A stretch of 64,000 nucleotides of DNA from NCBI GenBank assembly GCA_037308085.1, contig CP147779.1, forward strand, positions 96,001-160,000. Reading direction: 5' to 3'. Within the stretch, counting starts at the first letter, position 1, and each line of letters starts with the position of its first letter. This document shows positions 57,409 through 64,000 of this stretch, in pieces. A program made the translations under genes and the position numbers. Source of the stretch: Promethearchaeati archaeon SRVP18_Atabeyarchaeia-1. Its GTDB lineage: Archaea > Asgardarchaeota > Atabeyarchaeia > Atabeyarchaeales > Atabeyarchaeaceae. Under the pieces are notes generated by a model, which saw only the letters and a program-made list of their open reading frames with translations, was not told the origin of the DNA and made no database searches.

Positions 57409-58278
57409 CTATCCAGACTCCTTTTTCCCAAGCAACCCCTGTGGCCTAACTATCAGCACCACCAAGATTACGATAAGTGGAATCAATGCCCCGAAAGCAG
57501 GTTGATCAAGGACGAACGTGCAGAAGTTTCCCGAATATGAGATAACGAAGGCTCCCACTACACTGCCCGGCACACTTCCCATACCCCCGAGAACAACCAC
57601 GGAGAAAGCCGTCAGCAACGTGGTCCAACCCATGTCGGGACTCAAAACAGACGCTGGCACATACAAAACAGCCGCAACACCTGCAAGAAACGCGGATAGC
57701 GCAACCGTTACCATAAGAATCCTGTCAGCATTTATTCCCATAAGCATAGCCGCTTCTCGATCTTGGGCAACTGCTCGAATCGACTTCCCGATCTTAGCCT
57801 TATTGATGAAAAGAGTTACAAAGAGTACGAGTATCATAGAACCGAAGAAAGCAACGACAAACTGTGTTGGAAAAGTAACACCCAACAACGTAACAGTACC
57901 ACTAGCTAGGCCCGGAATAGTCTGATAAGTAACGAGACCTGTTCTGGCCACCTCAGCTACCCTAACAAAGTACTGCATGAAAAACGCCAATCCAAAGGTT
58001 ATGATGACGGCTCCGACAAGAGTCTTTTGAAGAGGTTTGATGAGCGCAAGATACGTAACCCCCCCAATAAGCGTCACTAACAGCAATGAAACCAGCATGC
58101 TTCCAGGCACGCCAAAAAACGGAATGAACCATAGCACTAAGTAAGCAGCAATCAGGTAAAATGCACCATGAGCAAGGTTCAAGATTCCGCCTACACCGTA
58201 AACCAAGGAGAAACCGATAGCAAGCAACGCGAAAATGGCTCCTTGAACCGCCCCATAGATCAGCATTTGCTCGATCAA
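57409..58278 (-). CDS. livH: Branched-chain amino acid-type ABC permease
   Basis: LNLAHGAF, RAVAQDREAAMLMGIN, RPQGLLG. Confidence 0.9.
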   Translation of the reverse strand: MIEQMLIYGAVQGAIFALLAIGFSLVYGVGGILNLAHGAFYLIAAYLVLWFIPFFGVPGSMLVSLLLVTLIGGVTYLALIKPLQKTLVGAVIITFGLAFFMQYFVRVAEVARTGLVTYQTIPGLASGTVTLLGVTFPTQFVVAFFGSMILVLFVTLFINKAKIGKSIRAVAQDREAAMLMGINADRILMVTVALSAFLAGVAAVLYVPASVLSPDMGWTTLLTAFSVVVLGGMGSVPGSVVGAFVISYSGNFCTFVLDQPAFGALIPLIVILVVLIVRPQGLLGKKESG

Positions 58279-58407
58279 TTCGGGTTAACCTCCCATGATA
58301 ACATCATAACATGATAATGATTGACTGCTTGTCGGGAAACGGATAATTCGTGAATGATCCCTAAGTTTCGCTACCTTGTTTCAATCGCTTCTGCCGAGAG
58401 AACATAC

Positions 58408-58415
58408 AAAAAAAA
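58408..58415 (-). terminator. Oligo-T terminator after the binding-protein gene
   Basis: T8 on the minus strand ~45 nt after the stop. Confidence 0.5.
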
Positions 58416-58458
58416 GAAGGAGATTATTTTGAGCTGTCACCAGTCCTCGGTGTCTCTA

Positions 58459-59883
58459 TTATAATTTGTTTATGCCTTGAGGTGGAAGCATCAAAGATCC
58501 TGTCACTATGTAGTTCGGATATAGGGCGCCACCTGACGTGATGCAAGGCTTGTTTCCACCTGACTGCCACTGGGCGAAAATCGGAACGCCGTAGGGCCAG
58601 CCATAACTTAAGTCGTGGCTACGTGTGAACGCTGCTTTGCCAGCGACACCGGTTATTGGATTAGCTTTGTTTATCGTCTCGAGCGCTGCGACTAGCTTGT
58701 AGTTGGTGAATGACTGGGTTTGGTTGATTGCGTATCGTAGCAGGGTAATAGCGTCGTATCCGCCGGCTGAAGTGTATATCGGAACCGCACTAAAGTTGCC
58801 TAGGTAGTGGTCCCAGAATGGTATCGTATAGACGGTCTTGTTGTGTCTCACGAATGTCTGCAATACAACTTCGTACATGCATTTTCCTGCTGTATCGGTC
58901 CAAAATGATTGGAGTTGTGACGGTACATTGATGCCACAAATGAGGCACTGAGGTCTTGTCGCGTTGTACTGTGTGTCCATAAGTACTCCGCCCTGGGCGG
59001 ATATTATGGGTATTACCACTTGGGCTTTCGAACCATTAATCGCGGTCCAGTATCCTGAGAAAGCCGTACTATCCGCTGTCATTGGAAATGCAATGTCCTG
59101 AACTGGAGTAGGGTCCCAGCCAATAGCTCCCATGTATGCTTTCAGCGCGTTGTCCATTGGTACCGTCCAGTCAAGGGCTTCTCTTAGGACAGCCCAGTGT
59201 TTCACCATACTTGTGTTGCCACCGAAAGCCATTGCAGCAATAACGTTTCTCAGAACTGCTAGTTCCGTGATCGCTGATGATCCTAGGGAAGTTGAGTTGA
59301 TCGGCTGGTCTCTGAAGAAGTACTGGTATCTCGAGTGGCTGTCCAAGACGTTTTGGCAGAAGTAGTCTGTGGCTGCACCTGTGCCAATGAATATCAACTT
59401 ATGATCCATTACTGTTTCGATATATGCTTTCAGTGATTCTGTCCTGAATCCGCCAGTCAGGAATTGGGCCCCATCCACTGATATTATCTTTTGCGCAGCA
59501 GCGACACCTTTGCTTGTGTCAAGAAATGCCGCAGCTTCAGATGTGTCCTCGGATATTAGCCCGAAGTAGTAATGTGTTCCGTTGACAACTACGCCACCTG
59601 CAGTATTAATTTCGTACGCTGCAAGCCATGACCCCTGCCAAGATCCTTTACCTGTTGAATCGGTCATGTCGTCAAGGACGCCTACCTTGATTATCTGGCT
59701 GTCTGGTACACCTGTTACCCCTGGAGTCACATATGAGATGCCTCGTTGCGTTAGCAAGATAGCTCCGCCGACGCCTGCTACGGCGATAACGACGACGACT
59801 GCGATTGCGATTATTCTCTTCTGTCCTGTACTCATTCCCATCTTCTTTTCAGTCCTCTCTCTCTCTCTTCCAGATTCGGCCAT
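58459..59883 (-). CDS. LivK-like ABC substrate-binding protein with N-terminal TM anchor
   Basis: IKVGVL, EINTAGGV, GGFRTE, YFFR, YDAI; heads the liv operon. Confidence 0.9.
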   Translation of the reverse strand: MAESGRERERTEKKMGMSTGQKRIIAIAVVVVIAVAGVGGAILLTQRGISYVTPGVTGVPDSQIIKVGVLDDMTDSTGKGSWQGSWLAAYEINTAGGVVVNGTHYYFGLISEDTSEAAAFLDTSKGVAAAQKIISVDGAQFLTGGFRTESLKAYIETVMDHKLIFIGTGAATDYFCQNVLDSHSRYQYFFRDQPINSTSLGSSAITELAVLRNVIAAMAFGGNTSMVKHWAVLREALDWTVPMDNALKAYMGAIGWDPTPVQDIAFPMTADSTAFSGYWTAINGSKAQVVIPIISAQGGVLMDTQYNATRPQCLICGINVPSQLQSFWTDTAGKCMYEVVLQTFVRHNKTVYTIPFWDHYLGNFSAVPIYTSAGGYDAITLLRYAINQTQSFTNYKLVAALETINKANPITGVAGKAAFTRSHDLSYGWPYGVPIFAQWQSGGNKPCITSGGALYPNYIVTGSLMLPPQGINKL

Positions 59884-60398
59884 ATTGGCTTAGGGTGTCG
59901 GTATGTTGGTTTGATGTATAAAACTCTTTCTGTTTACACAACTCCTCGCCGATACGGGCAACGCTTCCCATGATGAGGTTAATGGGGAAGATGAGTCAAT
60001 GATTGGAGCGCCAGATGCTTCATTTGAATTGCCAGACTTCTGATCAAGATTCTCGCAAATCCCCGTTGGCAGTTGGCAGCCAGGTAGTCTTACCAATTGC
60101 ACGATGTTCTCACACCGTACTCCGCATGTCATTTGCCTGGCTATCTGCGTCCAGGTTCCCAGAAAAATCGCTTGGAGGTGATAGCCATAATGGTAAGAAG
60201 GAGTGAGGTGATAATCTGGCTGAAAACTTGGAGGATTGCTGAAGGCTTGGTAAATGTCCTCAAACAGGTAGGCGACTCGCATACCCATTGGTGGGCGGCA
60301 GACAGGCTTGGCGTAATCAGAGACCCGATGGCTGTTGAGCTCTCAAGAGAGATGTTTCTCGGTCTCCAGTGTAGACTTAGATGGACACGGTAGGTACC

Positions 60399-60935
60399 TC
60401 AGGCAAGAAACCTCTCCATAATTATCTCATCGATATAATGACCTTGAAGGTTGAATTGCCTCTTCTTCCTGCCTACTTCCTTAAAGCCGAACTTCCTGTA
60501 CAGTCTTATTGCATGCCTGTTGGTGTGGAAAACACTCAGAGTCATCTTCTCGAACCCTTTTTCGTAAGCGAATCTGAGAAGCGAGTCCAAGAGGGCTGAA
60601 CCGACCCCGATTCCTCGAAACTTGGGGAGGATGGCAATACCTAGTTCGCCGACATGTTTAGATAGATCCCATACCGATTCCTCAATTGAGGCGTAACCCA
60701 CGACTTCGCCGTCAATCTCGCATAATAGCGTCAGGAATCCACTCTCTTCATCATTGCCGCTCCCTGGATGGTTGTTACGATCTAGGGCCTTCTGATCGCG
60801 AATACTGGGTGTATAAAGTCCCTCGTTTAACACCTTGCTATATATTCCCCAGATCTCCGAGAAATCCGCTTCCACTGCTTCTCTGATAGTCGCCCCTTGA
60901 CCCGATTTCGCCAAGTCGTACGCTCTTGGAAGCAA
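60399..60935 (-). CDS. GNAT acetyltransferase
   Basis: FRGIGVGSALL, N..AI.LY.KFGF. Confidence 0.9.
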   Translation of the reverse strand: MLPRAYDLAKSGQGATIREAVEADFSEIWGIYSKVLNEGLYTPSIRDQKALDRNNHPGSGNDEESGFLTLLCEIDGEVVGYASIEESVWDLSKHVGELGIAILPKFRGIGVGSALLDSLLRFAYEKGFEKMTLSVFHTNRHAIRLYRKFGFKEVGRKKRQFNLQGHYIDEIIMERFLA

Positions 60936-61012
60936 AACTAGCAGGCCCCTGACTCTAATAGGAGGCTCTTGACCAGCTTGTCAGAACTCCCTCAGATGAC
61001 CTGAAAAGCCCT

Positions 61013-61360
61013 TCAAAGCCAATCCATTGGGAGCTTTGACAAGGGAATATTCTCCTGCCTTCCCCCAGGCAACTTTCTTCTTATCGTTATCGGCAACACA
61101 TTTGCCTTCAGCTCGATTTCCGCTATCGTAATTGGATCCGCTGCATTTGGCGGAGCCTCCACAAGGATCGGCGCGCCCAAGGAGATTTGGAGGGCCCTCG
61201 AACCAATTATCCTCGACCTCTCGTACTTCGTCAGAGGTAGATTCAGCGCAGTGGGGAGCTCAATCTTTTCCGCAAAGGCCTCAATGCCGGAGTTGCCCTT
61301 ACTAGCTACATTTGCTGGAGCAGACGAATCCTCTTCACTCTCTTTTCCCTGGCTTCGCAA
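61013..61360 (-). CDS. rpoK: RNA polymerase subunit Rpo6 (K)
   Basis: LTKYERSRIIGSRALQISLGAP..LPITIRR. Confidence 0.95.
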   Translation of the reverse strand: MRSQGKESEEDSSAPANVASKGNSGIEAFAEKIELPTALNLPLTKYERSRIIGSRALQISLGAPILVEAPPNAADPITIAEIELKANVLPITIRRKLPGGRQENIPLSKLPMDWL

Positions 61361-61888
61361 CCTCTAGTTTCCCTCCGCCCTTTTTCTCTCCTCCAGCAGT
61401 TCTCCGAAGCTTGAATTCGAGCTATATTGCAGCTAATTGAATAGCCTCTCTGAAGACCCCGACCAGCCCGTGGTATTGTCTATATTGACGGCAACCTGAC
61501 TCAGCGGCTTAATGAAGACCCCCTGTGACGTAGGAAAGATCAGAACATGATATGGCATGCTAGACTCGACTCCACTAAGACCCTAGAAGACTAACTGATA
61601 TGCCCCATTTCATCCTGGAATTCGGCGTTTATGCTCTGCCCTATCAAGAAACGCTTCGGAAGAACGGTTTTCCGTCCAAATACGACGTTTTGAAAGTAAT
61701 CCTCTAAATTATGCTCATGTGTATTTAAATTTTGCTTTTAAGTCTTCCCCACGAGCGCAACCAACTTCCTCGAGAACTCGTGACAGCGGACCGATGTTTT
61801 CTGTTCTAGCGCGTCGTAGATCCGTGGCTCTATCCCCCGAGGAACACGTTGGCAAGTCTCGGGATCAAGGCGGGTTAATTGCTGCAAC

Positions 61889-62380
61889 TCATTCCTTGAA
61901 GACCTTCGACATGAGGTAGGCATCTTCGCCGTCACTGTAATAACCCTTTAGGTTTTTGGAAATTACGAAGCCGAGGCTCTTGTAAAGACTTATCGCAGGT
62001 TCGTTACTCTCCCTTACTTCCAGAACGAACTCGGTCGCGCCATAATCATGCATCGCATCTAAGCCCTTTGCGACCAAGTCCCGCCCGACACCTCGGTTTC
62101 TGTGCTCGTGGAGTACTGCCACCGATACTACGTGTCCTTTTCGTGTTAACCTGAACCCGTAGTTCGATAGGCCTCTTTCTATTCGACACATTATGTAGCC
62201 GACTATTCCATCTTCAACGTTCTCTGAGACTAAGAATGATTTAGGGTATCTCTCATAGAGATCGATGAAGAATCCACTGGGATAGTTTTCGGGCAGGCAT
62301 TTCTTGTTGATTACAGTTACCTGGTCAAGATCCTTTGTCGAGAACTCCCTCGTTCGATAGATCTGGTTTGATTTGCCCAT
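61889..62380 (-). CDS. Ard1/RimI-type N-alpha-acetyltransferase
   Basis: CLPENY, GYIMCRIE, GHVVSVAV, LEVRESN, YYSDGEDA. Confidence 0.93.
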   Translation of the reverse strand: MGKSNQIYRTREFSTKDLDQVTVINKKCLPENYPSGFFIDLYERYPKSFLVSENVEDGIVGYIMCRIERGLSNYGFRLTRKGHVVSVAVLHEHRNRGVGRDLVAKGLDAMHDYGATEFVLEVRESNEPAISLYKSLGFVISKNLKGYYSDGEDAYLMSKVFKE

Positions 62381-62516
62381 TGACGATTTCCTCTGTGCCA
62401 CCAACTCTGATCGAGTTTGCATTGAATGATCAAACGTAAAGCTTTTTAACTATTGCGTTTCTCATTCCTACAACGCGTCGTTTCGTGCTCGTCATTATTC
62501 CTTCACATACTCAGAC

Positions 62517-63722
62517 TTGGGGTCTCCATACATGAGCCTTGAAATGGTGCCATTTTCTGCAAGTGATGCCTATCGCTTGATCTCCTTCACGGATCTGAGT
62601 TCGACTGTCAAAAGATATTTCAAAGTCGAACAGGCACTAATGGACGAGGTTCACGGAGGCATACCAACTTACGTCATCCACAAAGACGGGAACGTCAAGT
62701 CTGGCTTTGAGAAAATGAAGTTAAGGCTTGACGCATTCCAGATTGTGCCTCTACTACGGGAGGCTGAGGACAAGAGCCAGTACGTCCTCAGGATCTTCGG
62801 CATCCGGAAAGCCCCCGGCAAGAACCCTAGAACCAGAGCGAAGACACCTATTCAGCCTATACTGCTCATAGTCACCATCATCACCGTGTCGATCTCCGGA
62901 TATTTCATATCCGACGCTTTCTTCACTTCAACCGGTACCACCGCTTCGCTACCACTGATGTTACTCTCGACAGCTGAGTATGCGGCGTCACTTATGGCCA
63001 TCTTGACAGTACACGAACTGGGTCACGTCATCGCCTGCAAACTGCATCTGATAAAATCAACGCTCCCCTACTTCATTCCTGCGCCACCCTACCTAGGACC
63101 AGGGTTGTTTACTCCTGGCACTTTTGGCGCAGTAATCCTCCAGAAAGAGACCCCTGTAAACAGAGATCACTTGTTCGACCTAGGCATCGCCGGACCTCTC
63201 TCTGGCTTCATAGTAGCGTTCATTGTGACCATCATAGGGCTTTCACCTGGCTTGTCAAAACCCGTCTTTGCTCCACCAGGTGGGGTTGGCATCTATCCTC
63301 CCCCGTTAGTCTACATTATTGCCACTCTTATTCCTGGTCTGTCTGTAGGGGGAACGGCGATCGGTCTTCATCCAATAGCCCAAGCGGGCTTTCTGGGTTT
63401 GATCATAACGTGCTTGAACCTGTTTCCGATCAGCCAATTGGATGGAGGGCACGTGTCGCGAGCAGTATTTGGCTCAAAGTGGTACAGCAAGGCGTCAATC
63501 GTGTCTCTAATTATACTCTTGTTCCTAGGATCCATACCACCTTACTTCTTCCTTCCCTTCGCGATACTGATTATCTTCTTCTCTATTGGAGGAGGGCATC
63601 CAGGACCACTCGACGATGTCTCAAAGATAACCAATGGAAGGAAACTCACAATGATCCTCGGATTCGTGATACTCGTACTATCACTGCCAATGGAGTACCT
63701 AAAGTTGCTGCAGCCCTTCTAG
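62517..63722 (+). CDS. Site-2 protease (M50)
   Basis: HELGH, GTFGA, AGPLSG, NLFPISQLDGG. Confidence 0.93.
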   Translation: MGSPYMSLEMVPFSASDAYRLISFTDLSSTVKRYFKVEQALMDEVHGGIPTYVIHKDGNVKSGFEKMKLRLDAFQIVPLLREAEDKSQYVLRIFGIRKAPGKNPRTRAKTPIQPILLIVTIITVSISGYFISDAFFTSTGTTASLPLMLLSTAEYAASLMAILTVHELGHVIACKLHLIKSTLPYFIPAPPYLGPGLFTPGTFGAVILQKETPVNRDHLFDLGIAGPLSGFIVAFIVTIIGLSPGLSKPVFAPPGGVGIYPPPLVYIIATLIPGLSVGGTAIGLHPIAQAGFLGLIITCLNLFPISQLDGGHVSRAVFGSKWYSKASIVSLIILLFLGSIPPYFFLPFAILIIFFSIGGGHPGPLDDVSKITNGRKLTMILGFVILVLSLPMEYLKLLQPF

Positions 63723-63878
63723 CCAAGAAATCTCCCGGCGGCTTTGGATTTCCATTGATTTCGAAGGCACAAATGGCCATTGGCTCGTGCCCACATCATG
63801 GCAAGGCTTTTTAGATGGTTCGAGGTGCTACATGTCGATTGTAATAGAACGGGTTTTTCTTTGGGAGAGAGCGGATAC

Positions 63879-64000
63879 ATGGATGGATGGAAGAGGCAAC
63901 TTGTGGAGCTAATAGTCAAGAAGAATGGACTTCTTTTTGGCGAATATCAGCTGAAGAGTGGAAGAAAGTCACCATATTTCTTCAACTTGGCGAACGTCGT
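63879..64000 (+). CDS. pyrE: Orotate phosphoribosyltransferase, 5' part
   Basis: [36 protein letters not shown]. Confidence 0.85.
   Translation, partial: MDGWKRQLVELIVKKNGLLFGEYQLKSGRKSPYFFNLANV

Noticed and set aside
59890-60393. ORFs upstream of the livK-like gene
   Set aside because: Overlapping frames on both strands with no motif; likely intergenic or remnant DNA.
1-64000. CRISPR array, rRNA, tRNA, transposase/integrase, ORB-type origin
   Set aside because: No regularly spaced repeats, cloverleafs, recombinase motifs or ORB boxes seen by eye; intron-split tRNAs could be missed.

Overview
Archaeal chromosomal DNA of roughly 50% GC, with TATA/BRE promoters, GGAGG/GGTG ribosome-binding sites and archaeal Mat, Rpo6 and Ard1. 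It is most likely from an Asgard archaeon: it encodes a 1DGelX-type gelsolin, a Ras/Rab-like small GTPase and a RING-like finger. Layout: (1) ~0.2-7.3 kb is an accessory island of secreted and membrane genes, four of them broken by a small identifiable lesion, plus an RHH regulator, an Imm5-like protein and a 7xHTH-PD-(D/E)xK nuclease. (2) A stand-alone EF-2 with an altered G2 motif. (3) A hydrogenase maturation cluster (hypF..hypCBAD, hypE) interrupted by a LAGLIDADG-HTH gene. (4) ABC exporter and regulator, mat, trxA, HIT, acyl-CoA ligase, GTPase, DsrE, MFS, ChrB. (5) A purine operon purS-purQ-purL-purF-purD followed directly by an Ftr (formyltransferase) paralog and an M20 hydrolase, then hdrCB. 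(6) M20, AN1 finger, asparagine synthase-like, phosphodiesterase, gelsolin, a second acyl-CoA ligase, a HEAT protein and a Liv-type ABC importer. (7) GNAT, rpo6, ard1, site-2 protease and the start of pyrE. The best lead is the Ftr paralog sitting where a GAR formyltransferase (PurN/PurT) would be expected. Other leads are the modular HTH-array nuclease, a possible toxin/immunity locus, and structured 5' leaders ahead of mat, the pur operon and the gelsolin gene. No rRNA, tRNA or CRISPR array was seen. All calls come from reading motifs by eye; no searches were run.
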